Shown one piece after another: positions 1-9,277 of a stretch of DNA of 64,000 nucleotides; positions within the stretch are counted from its first letter, which is position 1; every line of letters starts with the position of its first letter. The notes under the pieces were generated by a model. The model saw nothing but the letters and a program-made list of their open reading frames with translations, ran no database searches and was not told the origin of the DNA. This DNA is from an uncultured Alphaproteobacteria bacterium (lineage in GTDB: Bacteria; Pseudomonadota; Alphaproteobacteria; Rhizobiales; Aestuariivirgaceae). The stretch covers positions 394,660 to 458,659 of the forward strand of contig CAWKKP010000003.1 of the NCBI GenBank assembly GCA_963850355.1, read 5' to 3'. Made by a program: the position numbers and the translations under genes.

Positions 1-1
1 T

Positions 2-856
2 TTGGATGATAAACAAAACGTCAATCGCGCTTTGTTGCAAAGTGGCGCTGGCATTTCGGAAATGAACACCGTGCGCAAACACCTCTCGCTTATCAAAGGT
101 GGAAAACTTGCGTTGGCCGCTGCACCTGCGAAAGTCGTCACACTTCTGATTTCAGATGTGCCAGGAGACGACCCAGCAATCATTGCTTCTGGCCCAACAG
201 TTGCAGATCAAACAACACAGCGAGACGCACTCGACATTCTGCAACGCTATCATGTTGAGGTCTCAAGTTTGGTTACACAAGTCTTAAGTGCCAAAACGCC
301 AACTCAACAATTGGCCGCCGCTGATGTGCGCATGATTGCGTCACCCCTGATGGCCCTGAATGCAGCCGCAGATTTTTCAGTCCAAAATGGCGTAACGCCC
401 CTCATATTGGGAGATGCGATCGAAGGCGAAGCGAAAGACGTGGGAAAAGCTCTGGCGGGCATTGCCATGTCCTGCCAACGTCATGGTCTCCCCATCAAAG
501 CGCCGTGTGTGTTGCTCAGTGGCGGGGAAACAACTGTCACCATTCGAAACCAGAATCCGGGCAGGGGTGGGCGCAATACTGAATGTCTCCTGTCAGCTGC
601 ATTGACACTGCAGGGTCAAAGTAAAATTTGGGCAATCGCAGGTGACTCTGATGGCATCGACGGAACTGAAAATGCTGCCGGTGCAATTATCGGCCCTGAC
701 ACCTTGCAAAGAGCGCGAGCAGCCCAGGTTGATCCACATATGTTACTTTCGAACCACGACAGCTATGCATTCTTCAGTGCAATCAATGATCTCGTCATCA
801 CCGGGCCAACACTGACGAACGTCAACGACTTTAGAGCATTCCTAATTCTTCCTTGA
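2..856 (+). CDS. Glycerate kinase, MOFRL/TtuD-GckA family (5'-truncated by window edge)
   Basis: Motifs ISDVPGDD, IASGPT, GGETTV, GRGGRN, SDGIDG and C-terminal TGPTLTNVND are typical of class II glycerate kinases; the frame is open from base 2. Confidence 0.9.
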   Translation: MDDKQNVNRALLQSGAGISEMNTVRKHLSLIKGGKLALAAAPAKVVTLLISDVPGDDPAIIASGPTVADQTTQRDALDILQRYHVEVSSLVTQVLSAKTPTQQLAAADVRMIASPLMALNAAADFSVQNGVTPLILGDAIEGEAKDVGKALAGIAMSCQRHGLPIKAPCVLLSGGETTVTIRNQNPGRGGRNTECLLSAALTLQGQSKIWAIAGDSDGIDGTENAAGAIIGPDTLQRARAAQVDPHMLLSNHDSYAFFSAINDLVITGPTLTNVNDFRAFLILP

Positions 857-946
857 GAGAAGGCGTGACTTCAATCAACCCGTGACACGCCACGATAGTT
901 TCAGCTAAATCATTCCCTGATGCCGCCTGTTTGGAGTTGGCTGGAG

Positions 947-1936
947 ATGAATGATTTGAGTAACGTGCCTCACGTCCATGGTAGCAACAGCTTGCCGCGC
1001 AATCCGGGCACGGCGCTGGCGGCGGAATGGTTTGAAACGGCGCAGGTCAACACCTCCGCCGCGGAGCGCCGTGCTGCATCGCTCACCACCCGCCGTACTG
1101 TGAAAAAAGAATACCAAGCCGCATGGCTGGTAAAAGCCTTGCAGTGCATCGACCTCACAACACTGGCAGGTGATGACACGCCTGGTCGCGTGCATCGCTT
1201 GTGCGCAAAAGCCATGCGACCTTTGCGAGATGATATCGTCGATGGCTTGAAACTCGGTGAAATGCCCAAAGTGGGTGCCGTATGTGTGTATCCAACAATG
1301 GTGCCCCACGCTGTCAAGGCCCTAAAGGGATCGGGTATTCCTGTGGCTTCTGTCGCAACAGGGTTTCCCGCTGGCCTCACGCCACTCCCCATGCGACTTG
1401 CAGAAATCAAATATGCCGTGGAAGAAGGAGCACAGGAAATTGACATTGTCATTCACCGTGCTCAGGTTCTAATGCAAGACTGGAACGCACTTTACGATGA
1501 AGTCAAAGCCATGCGCGAAGCCTGTGGTGCGGCACATTTGAAAACCATTCTTGCAACGGGCGATCTGAAAACGCTGCGCAATGTCTACAAGGCTTCAATG
1601 GTGTGCATGCAAGCGGGTGCCGACTTCATCAAAACTTCAACGGGCAAGGAAGACGTGAATGCAACACTGCCTGTCAGCCTGACAATGGTGCGTGCACTGC
1701 GCGACTACGAAACATACACAGGCCATAAAATTGGTTTTAAACCCGCAGGTGGCTTAAAAACATCAAAAGACGCCATGAATTGGTTGATCCTGATGAAAGA
1801 AGAACTCGGCCGCCGTTGGTTGGAGCCCGATCTCTTTCGGATCGGCGCATCTTCCATGTTGGCCGACATTGAACGCCAACTCGAACACTTCCTCACGGGC
1901 CGCTATTCGGCCCTTTCCCACCACCCGATGGCTTAA
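947..1936 (+). CDS. deoC: Deoxyribose-phosphate aldolase
   Basis: IDLTTL, VCVYP, VATGFP, EIDIV, LKTIL, FIKTSTGK, GFKPAGG and FRIGASS motifs. ATG 947 has GGAG at 933-936; 920 is the alternative start. Confidence 0.92.
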   Translation: MNDLSNVPHVHGSNSLPRNPGTALAAEWFETAQVNTSAAERRAASLTTRRTVKKEYQAAWLVKALQCIDLTTLAGDDTPGRVHRLCAKAMRPLRDDIVDGLKLGEMPKVGAVCVYPTMVPHAVKALKGSGIPVASVATGFPAGLTPLPMRLAEIKYAVEEGAQEIDIVIHRAQVLMQDWNALYDEVKAMREACGAAHLKTILATGDLKTLRNVYKASMVCMQAGADFIKTSTGKEDVNATLPVSLTMVRALRDYETYTGHKIGFKPAGGLKTSKDAMNWLILMKEELGRRWLEPDLFRIGASSMLADIERQLEHFLTGRYSALSHHPMA

Positions 1937-1945
1937 GGTTTCTCC

Positions 1946-4342
1946 ATGCCGACAGTGACAGACGTACTTGACACAATGGATTACGGACCAGCGCCTGAGT
2001 CCAATACTCACGTGAAAGACTGGTTGAAAATTCACGAAAAAGGTTTTGGCCATTTCATCAATGGCACTTTTGTCGCTTCAAAGGCTGGTCGCCTCGACGT
2101 GTTCAATCCTGCAACACATGAAAAATTGGCAACTGTGCCAAATGGCAGTGTTGCGGATGTCGATGCGGCAGTTGCCAGCGCGCGTAAAGCATTCAAGTCG
2201 TGGAACAAGTTGACAGGTTTTGAACGCGCAAAGCATCTCTATGCGTTGGCCCGGCATATTCAAAAGTGCGAACGCTTCTTGTCAGTGCTCGAAACCATGG
2301 ACAATGGCAAAACCATTCGTGAGTCACGTGACATCGATATTCCCCTTGTCGCCCGTCATTTCTATCACCATGCAGGATGGGCACAGTTGATGCCCACTGA
2401 ATTTCAAGGCCATGAGGCGCTTGGCGTCTGTGGTCAAATTATTCCGTGGAACTTCCCACTGTTAATGCTGGCATGGAAAATTGCTCCTGCATTAGCTGCC
2501 GGAAACACCGTTGTATTAAAGCCTGCAGAGTTTACGCCCTTGACGGCACTGGCTTTTGGTCAAATCTGCACTGAGGCCGGTCTACCAGATGGCGTCGTAA
2601 ACATCATCACCGGCGATGGCGACACAGGCGCCGCCCTCGTTGCCCATAAAGACGTAAACAAAATCGCCTTCACGGGTTCAACGGATGTTGGTCGATTGAT
2701 CCGTATACAGACGGCTGGATCAGGCAAGAAACTGTCATTGGAGCTTGGTGGAAAATCACCCTTCATAGTGTTCGAAGATGCCGACATGGAAGCGGCCGTC
2801 GAAGGAGTTGTGGACGCCGTCTGGTTCAACCAAGGCCAAGTTTGCTGTGCTGGTACACGTTTATTGGTGCAAGAAGGTGTTTACAGTAAATTTATCGCGC
2901 GCTTGAAAACCCGCATGGCATCATTGCGGGTGGGCGATCCACTCGACAAGTCAAATGATATGGGCCCACTGGTTGACCCCGTGCAGTTGCAACGCGTGAC
3001 CGAACTCGTCAACAAAGGAAAATCCGAAGGTGGCACTTTGGTGCAATCGCCGTGTGACTTGCCAAAGCATGGCAATTACTTCGCACCTTCATTATTCTTG
3101 GATGTCGATACGTCCTCAACAGTCATGCGAGAAGAAATTTTTGGCCCCGTCATTTCGGCGATGACCTTCCGCACACCAGACGAAGCCGCAGCTCTGGCCA
3201 ATCATTCGCGCTATGGACTGGCCGCTTCGATCTGGTCTGAGAATTTGAACGTCGCACTCGAAGCAGCAGCACGGGTGAAGGCAGGCATTGTCTGGATCAA
3301 TTGCACCAACCAGTTTGATGCCGCTGCCGGTTTTGGGGGTTACAAAGAATCAGGGTTTGGTCGTGAAGGGGGCCGCGAAGGCCTGTATGAATACATGCAA
3401 CCCATCGCTGACAAAAGCGTTGGCGTTGCAAAAGCAATCAAACCTGCAACGACCAGGGCAGCACCCGCGATTGTGGAGGCTGCTAACCATTCCCACGCCA
3501 TAGATCGCACCGCAAAACTCTATATCGGCGGCAAACAAACGCGCCCCGACAGCGGCTATTCCTACGCTATTCAAAACACCAAAGGAAAGCTCTTGGGCCA
3601 TGCAGGCCTCGGTAATCGGAAAGATATTCGCAACGCGGTTGAAGCAGCGCTAAAAGCATCGGCGTGGTCCTCGGCTTCCGCCCACAACCGCGCACAGGTG
3701 ATTTACTACATCGCAGAAAATCTTTCCCTACGATCAGATGACTTTGTGAAACGCCTGACTGAAACAGGCGCTAACACCAAACAAGCAAAACGCGAAGTTG
3801 AAACTGCTCTCCAGCGTATCTTCTACTATGCGGCCCATGCCGACAAGTATGATGGTCGTATTCATTCCACCAACACCAAACGCCAAACGACTCTGGCATT
3901 CAACGAGCCCTATGGTGTGATGGGCGTTGTCTGCCCCGATGATCAACCTTTGCTCGGCTTGGTCTCGCTCTTGATGCCGGCCCTCGCCCTTGGCAATCGC
4001 GTGATTATCATTCCTTCACAACAACACGCATTATTGGCGGCAGATTTTTATCAGGTACTCGACACCTCAGATGTACCGGCGGGTGCTGTGAACATCATAA
4101 CGGGCGGGCGTGATGAGCTGGCTAAAACAATTGCGGAGCATGACGAAGTTGCAGCCATGTGGTATCACGGTAGCGCTGTTGGTTCTGCTATGGTTGAGAA
4201 AGCTTCAGCAGGCAATCTTAAACCCACTTGGGTTAATCATGGGCGAGCTGTTGATTGGTACAACCCAGAAACGGGCGAAGGGCCGGAATATCTGCGCCGC
4301 GCCTCGCAAGTAAAGAATATTTGGATTCCCTATGGTGAATGA
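1946..4342 (+). CDS. Aldehyde dehydrogenase, 798 aa ALDH16-like architecture (full ALDH plus second partial ALDH domain)
   Basis: IIPWNFP, LKPAE, FTGS, LELGGK (catalytic Glu), GQVCCAG (catalytic Cys) and EEIFGP. The C-terminal ~270 aa repeat the cofactor-binding domain (KLYIGGKQ...EPYGVMGVV...LKPTW) without a catalytic domain. Confidence 0.92.
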   Translation: MPTVTDVLDTMDYGPAPESNTHVKDWLKIHEKGFGHFINGTFVASKAGRLDVFNPATHEKLATVPNGSVADVDAAVASARKAFKSWNKLTGFERAKHLYALARHIQKCERFLSVLETMDNGKTIRESRDIDIPLVARHFYHHAGWAQLMPTEFQGHEALGVCGQIIPWNFPLLMLAWKIAPALAAGNTVVLKPAEFTPLTALAFGQICTEAGLPDGVVNIITGDGDTGAALVAHKDVNKIAFTGSTDVGRLIRIQTAGSGKKLSLELGGKSPFIVFEDADMEAAVEGVVDAVWFNQGQVCCAGTRLLVQEGVYSKFIARLKTRMASLRVGDPLDKSNDMGPLVDPVQLQRVTELVNKGKSEGGTLVQSPCDLPKHGNYFAPSLFLDVDTSSTVMREEIFGPVISAMTFRTPDEAAALANHSRYGLAASIWSENLNVALEAAARVKAGIVWINCTNQFDAAAGFGGYKESGFGREGGREGLYEYMQPIADKSVGVAKAIKPATTRAAPAIVEAANHSHAIDRTAKLYIGGKQTRPDSGYSYAIQNTKGKLLGHAGLGNRKDIRNAVEAALKASAWSSASAHNRAQVIYYIAENLSLRSDDFVKRLTETGANTKQAKREVETALQRIFYYAAHADKYDGRIHSTNTKRQTTLAFNEPYGVMGVVCPDDQPLLGLVSLLMPALALGNRVIIIPSQQHALLAADFYQVLDTSDVPAGAVNIITGGRDELAKTIAEHDEVAAMWYHGSAVGSAMVEKASAGNLKPTWVNHGRAVDWYNPETGEGPEYLRRASQVKNIWIPYGE

Positions 4343-5337
4343 GGATTTGTCTTCCCATCTGAATATGTTGTTCGAAGTCGCCACCAAGGCGACTTCATTT
4401 TATGACCTACCCGATGATCTAAAAATAACACTCATTAATCTCACAGAGAACGCGACTTATAAAGTGGAAGCTCCTGATGGCCAACGCTGGGCTTTGCGCG
4501 TCCATCGTCGGGGATACCATGCGCGAGACGCCATTGCCTCTGAACTCGCGTGGCAACAGGATTTGCGAAACACGGGCGTCGTCACCACACCAAAAACCGT
4601 AACGGGTAAAAACAGCGAACTGATCCAAGATATTTCAGATGGCAAATCGCAAGCGCCCCACCATGTCGTTCTATCCGAATGGGAAGCGGGTCTCGAACCC
4701 GGTATAGGTGAAAATCTCATCGTAACCTTCCAACAGCTTGGTGAAATCGCTGCGCGCATGCACCGTCATGCCCGGCAATGGCAGCGCCCCACAGTGGTTT
4801 CAACGCCACACTTGGGATTTTGAAACAAGTCTGGGCGAGACCAACCCCCATTGGGGGCGCTGGCGCGAAGGCATGGGGGTCGACGCCCAAAAGCAGAAAC
4901 TTTTTGGTCGCGCCGTTGATGTGATCTCAAAACGCCTCAACGCCTACGGCAAGACCCGTGAGAATTTTGGCCTTGTGCATGGTGACCTGCGACTTGCTAA
5001 CCTGTTGATAGATGGCGCAACCGTAAAAGTGCTGGATTTCGACGACTGTGGATTTGGATGGTTCATGTCAGACGCAGTAACGCCCGTGTCATTCTACGAA
5101 CACGAACCGCAAGTTCTGGATTTGATCGAAGCCTGGAAATATGGCTATCGCAAAATCGCCCCCATTTCACCGCGAGACGAAGCTGAAATTCCAACTTTTA
5201 TGATGCTGCGTCGATTGTTGCTTGTGGCTTGGCTTGGCTCCCATGCCGACACCGAACTCGCCCGGTCGATGGGCTTGGAATACTCAGATCAGACCGTTGA
5301 TCTCTGCGAACACTACCTTTCCAAGACCAACCCATAG
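4332..5337 (+). CDS. Aminoglycoside phosphotransferase / homoserine kinase type II-like kinase (1-base frameshift near 4790)
   Basis: ORF 4332..4823 (SENATY-like TENATY, ALRVHR) joins ORF 4738..5337 (HGDLRLAN, LDFDDCG). Removing one C of the CCCC run at 4787-4790 gives a continuous 334 aa protein (..WQRPQWFQRHTWD..). Confidence 0.82.
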
Positions 5338-5392
5338 CGCATTTTCAGGCTTCATTTTTTAGCGCTTGCGGACATCTCGAAAGTCAGCAATG

Positions 5393-5408
5393 AATTGATA
5401 TATCAGTT
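5393..5408. promoter_or_regulatory. Near-perfect palindrome, candidate operator
   Basis: AATTGATATATCAGTT (14 of 16 positions symmetric) in the intergenic region upstream of the SBP gene. Confidence 0.35.
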
Positions 5409-5523
5409 GGCCGGACGAATGTTGCACGACAGACCAGCAACACTCGTAACAGAGCCTGAAAACAATTCGGCGTCCATGTTTTGGCAAGGGCACGGATAAG
5501 TAAATGTAATGGGAGGATACCAT

Positions 5524-7002
5524 ATGAAAATGAAATCTATTGTAACCGGTGCATTGTTTGCCGGTGTGGCCTTGGGCGGCCTTGCCGCTTCGGCCTCAGC
5601 TGGTGAGTATGATGGTGTAACCATCAATATTCTCACACGGCCAGGTCCAGTTATTGCTGGCCGTTTGGCTGAACGCGGCAAAGAATTTGAAGCGATGACA
5701 GGTGCCAAGATTGTTGTCAGCGAAGTTCCATTTGCCGAAATCTTCCAAAAAATTCAAACCGACTGGACGACAGGCACCAACTCGATTGACGTTGGCGTGT
5801 TTGCAGCAGGTTGGGGCGTTGAATTGGATGCCGCTGGTTTGCTGACAGACCTTGATCCATATGTCGCCAAGGACACCAAAATCGACCTCGCTGACGTTGC
5901 GGGATATTTCCGCGAATTCGGCCAAAAAATCGGTGGCAAAACCAAGCTGCTGATGGTCGATGGCGACTTCCAGATGGTATACTATCGTAAGGACGTTCTG
6001 GAAGCCAATGGCCAAGCTGTTCCAAAAACATGGGACGACTATCTCGCTGTTGCTGCTGCGATTCATGGCAAAGACATGAACGGCGACGGTGTTGCTGATT
6101 ACGGCTCTTGCATCTTCAAGAAACGTAACGCCCAATCCTATTTCGCCATTCAAACAGTTGCTGCTTCCTATGTGCAAACCATGGGAACGGCCCAAGGCTT
6201 CCACTTCGACGGCAAGACCATGAAGCCAGTCATCAACAATGCTGCATGGAAGAAGGCGTTCGAAGTTTATAAAGAAACTGGCAAGTATGGCCCAGCTGAA
6301 GAACTCAATATGGATATCGGCGATACCCGTGGTCTGTTCAAAGCAGGACGTTGCGGTTTAATCATTGAATGGGGCGATCCAGGCCCGATGTCGATTGAAA
6401 AAGATGCAGGCGCTATTAAGGACAAGCTCTATGCCATTTCGGCTCTGGGCACCAAGGAAGTGCTTGACCGTGCAACGGGTGCTTTGGTTCCAGTAACCAA
6501 GGAAAATTCACCTCATTCGATTGATGGCATCAACTATGCGCCATTCGCAGCCTTCGGTGGCTGGGCTGGTGCAGTTAATGCCAAGCTTGATGACAAGAAG
6601 AAGCAGGCTTCCTACGACTTCCTGTCTTACATGAATCAAGCTGCACAATCGAACGTGGACGTGACGTTGGGTTGGACGGGCTACAACGCCTATCGCACAT
6701 CGCAGCTCACCAGCATTGACGGTTGGGTGAAGGCTGGCTTCTCACCCGAAGCAGCCAAGAACTACCTTGACGCCATCAACGGTGCTTTGGCCAACCCGAA
6801 CATGGCTTCAGACTTCAAGATCCCCGGTGCGAATGGTTATTCGTCGGTGGTTCTGGACCGCGAACTCGCCCGCTATCTCGCAGGCGAAATCACGGTTGAT
6901 GAAGCTTTGAAGAATATCGAAGCAGGTTGGGAAGAAATCACGGAAGACTTTGGTCGTGATGCGCAAATCAAGGCACAGGGCTTGGCCTTGGGTGGTGGTT
7001 GA
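5524..7002 (+). CDS. Sugar ABC transporter substrate-binding protein (family 1)
   Basis: GGAGG RBS at ~5512, signal peptide MKMKSIVTGALFAGVALGGLAASASA, and YYRKD and PKTWDD motifs; lies upstream of two permeases and an ATPase. Confidence 0.92.
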   Translation: MKMKSIVTGALFAGVALGGLAASASAGEYDGVTINILTRPGPVIAGRLAERGKEFEAMTGAKIVVSEVPFAEIFQKIQTDWTTGTNSIDVGVFAAGWGVELDAAGLLTDLDPYVAKDTKIDLADVAGYFREFGQKIGGKTKLLMVDGDFQMVYYRKDVLEANGQAVPKTWDDYLAVAAAIHGKDMNGDGVADYGSCIFKKRNAQSYFAIQTVAASYVQTMGTAQGFHFDGKTMKPVINNAAWKKAFEVYKETGKYGPAEELNMDIGDTRGLFKAGRCGLIIEWGDPGPMSIEKDAGAIKDKLYAISALGTKEVLDRATGALVPVTKENSPHSIDGINYAPFAAFGGWAGAVNAKLDDKKKQASYDFLSYMNQAAQSNVDVTLGWTGYNAYRTSQLTSIDGWVKAGFSPEAAKNYLDAINGALANPNMASDFKIPGANGYSSVVLDRELARYLAGEITVDEALKNIEAGWEEITEDFGRDAQIKAQGLALGGG

Positions 7003-7018
7003 TATCTAGGAACAATGC

Positions 7019-7049
7019 GGGGCCGGACATACGTTCGGCCCTGTTTTTT
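7019..7049 (+). terminator. Hairpin plus U-tract after the SBP gene (terminator or mRNA stabiliser)
   Basis: GGGGCCGGAC-ATAC-GTTCGGCCCT followed by GTTTTTT. Confidence 0.65.
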
Positions 7050-7157
7050 AGTAACGAATTTCCGGGGCTACCGTGACAACAGAAGTCGCCACATACACTG
7101 AAATCCTGGGGTGAATGGTTTGATCGCCACGCGCGCACATTTTTTATTGCGCCAGCT

Positions 7158-8198
7158 GTGACGCTGATTTTAATCTTTGCAATTTTCCCGACATTTTATT
7201 CCGTCGTCTTCGCGCTCAGTCGCGTTAAATTCTCCCCTGACGGACTGAAATTCCGTTTTGTTTGGTTCCAAAACTTCCAAAAGCAATTTGCGGGTAATGA
7301 ACAAGTCCACTTTCTAGGCCGCTTGGGCGACATCAGTGTTATCGGCTGGTTGCTCATCGCCGTTGCTGCAGCAGCCACAATCTGGTGGCTTTATCGCTAC
7401 GCGATGCGCGAGTTTTGGTGGTTGGGTTTTATTGGCCGCTTGATTTCAGCTGCGGGCTTTATGTTCATTGCTTACCTGCTGGCCGCAACGCTTTTGTCAG
7501 GTAACCAGTGGGGCACGTTGCTGACTACACTGTTTTACGTGCTTGTGGGCTGTAGTTTACAATTTGTCATCGGCACGGGACTCGCATTCCTCTGTTCGCA
7601 ACCCGTCGTCGGTAAAAACTTCTTCCGAGTGTTGTTCTTCATTCCCCTAATGATCACGCCACTGGGCGTTGGTTATGCATTTAAAATGATCCTCGACATT
7701 ACCAAAGGCCCCTTCCAACCTTTCTGGAATTGGATTGGATTGCAGGATTGGGCGTGGTCCACCGATGCGTGGGCCGCGCGCTGGTTTGTCGTGGTGGGTG
7801 ACTCTTGGCAGTGGATTCCCTTTATCTTCATCTGCATGTTGGCCGCATTGGAAAATGTGCCCAAAGACCATGTGGAAGCAGCAGAAGTTGATGGTGCGTC
7901 AAGCGTACAAATTTTCCGCGAAATCATTTGGCCGCAAATTGTTCCCGTCGCTGCAACGGTGTTTTTGATCCGTATGATTGAAGGGTTCAAGATCGTTGAT
8001 CTACCCAACATCATGACTTCCGGTGGTCCCGGCATTGCAACGGAATCCATGTCGCTGCATTCCTTTTTCGTCTGGCGCGCCAATGACTATGGCCAATCAG
8101 CCGCCGTTGCCTATCTCTTGCTCATCATCACGGTTTTGGTGTGCTCTTCCTTCTTCAACTATGTAGTGTTGAAGCAATTGCGGAGGGCGCACGCATGA
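7158..8198 (+). CDS. Carbohydrate ABC transporter permease (MalF/UgpA-like); true start probably upstream
   Basis: Multiple TM segments and the EAA loop EAAEVDGAS. The frame is open back to 7077 (..KSWGEWFDRHARTFFIAPAV) but has no in-frame ATG; a GTG at 7073 is one base out of frame. Confidence 0.88.
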   Translation: MTLILIFAIFPTFYSVVFALSRVKFSPDGLKFRFVWFQNFQKQFAGNEQVHFLGRLGDISVIGWLLIAVAAAATIWWLYRYAMREFWWLGFIGRLISAAGFMFIAYLLAATLLSGNQWGTLLTTLFYVLVGCSLQFVIGTGLAFLCSQPVVGKNFFRVLFFIPLMITPLGVGYAFKMILDITKGPFQPFWNWIGLQDWAWSTDAWAARWFVVVGDSWQWIPFIFICMLAALENVPKDHVEAAEVDGASSVQIFREIIWPQIVPVAATVFLIRMIEGFKIVDLPNIMTSGGPGIATESMSLHSFFVWRANDYGQSAAVAYLLLIITVLVCSSFFNYVVLKQLRRAHA

Positions 8199-9271
8199 GC
8201 AATCAAACCTTCAAACTCGACAAAACCAACCGCACACTGATGCAGCGCCTGTTTGAGCCACCGACGGTTGGCAAAATGTCGCCCGTCGCCAAAGTGGTTG
8301 CTTACTCAATTCTGATTTTCTGGTCGGCCTTCGTGATTTTCCCACTCTATTGGGTGGTGATTACGTCATTCAAAGATGCGCAGATTGTCAACGAAGGTCC
8401 CTATTATATTCCCTTCATTGATTTCCAACCAACCTTAGACGGTTGGCGCCGACAGTTTGTCGACGATGCCGCCAAAGTTTTTCCGGCCTTTTTCAATTCA
8501 GTGATTATCGCTATTGCGTCAACTGCACTCTGTATCGTCATTGGTTCTATGGCGGCCTATGCGTTGGCGCGGATTCAATACAAGCCCAAGTTCGGCAACG
8601 TGATCTTGTTTGTGATCATGTCACTCGCAGCCATTTTAGCCTCGACCTATGCAGGTGTGCATTGGTTCTTTGCAGCAGCCATTGCTTTGGCTTTGTTCTT
8701 TCTTCTTGCGCGCGCTTTTGGCAAACACTTCAAAGGCCAACTTGGCAATGGCGACATTTTGTTCTGGATCATCTCCCAACGCATTTTACCGCCCGTCGTA
8801 GTGGTTATTCCGGTTTACATGATGTTCCAGGCTGTTGGCATGATTGACACCCATGCGGCATTGATCCTGGTTTATGCCGTCGCCAATTTGCCCATTGTTG
8901 TTTGGCTGATGCATGACTTCTTCGCCAATCTGCCCATTGAATTGGAAGAGTCGGCCCAGCTTGATGGTGCCACCCGATTTGGTATTTTCTGGGATATTGT
9001 GTTGCCGCTCACCAGACCCGGTCTCGCAGCAACAACACTTCTCACACTCATTCTCAACTGGAATGAATATCTCTTTGCTGTGTTTCTCTCGACCTCTAAA
9101 GCCCAGACAATGCCTATCATGGTGGCGGCGAAAAACGCAGGCGAGCGCGGCATTCTCTGGTGGGAAATGTGCGCCATCATCGTGGTTATGATCATACCTG
9201 TAATCATCATGGCGATTATTCTACAACGCTTTATTGCCAAGGGTGTTCTCCTTGGTGCAGTCAAAGGTTAG
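8195..9271 (+). CDS. Carbohydrate ABC transporter permease (MalG-like)
   Basis: ATG 8195 overlaps the upstream TGA; EESAQLDGA EAA loop, WNEYLFA and C-terminal QRFIAKGVLLGAVKG. Confidence 0.92.
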   Translation: MSNQTFKLDKTNRTLMQRLFEPPTVGKMSPVAKVVAYSILIFWSAFVIFPLYWVVITSFKDAQIVNEGPYYIPFIDFQPTLDGWRRQFVDDAAKVFPAFFNSVIIAIASTALCIVIGSMAAYALARIQYKPKFGNVILFVIMSLAAILASTYAGVHWFFAAAIALALFFLLARAFGKHFKGQLGNGDILFWIISQRILPPVVVVIPVYMMFQAVGMIDTHAALILVYAVANLPIVVWLMHDFFANLPIELEESAQLDGATRFGIFWDIVLPLTRPGLAATTLLTLILNWNEYLFAVFLSTSKAQTMPIMVAAKNAGERGILWWEMCAIIVVMIIPVIIMAIILQRFIAKGVLLGAVKG

Positions 9272-9277
9272 AAACTC

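Noticed and set aside
5407-5426. Possible sigma54 promoter (TGGC..TTGC)
   Set aside because: GG-to-GC spacing is 13 or 9 nt, not the required 10.
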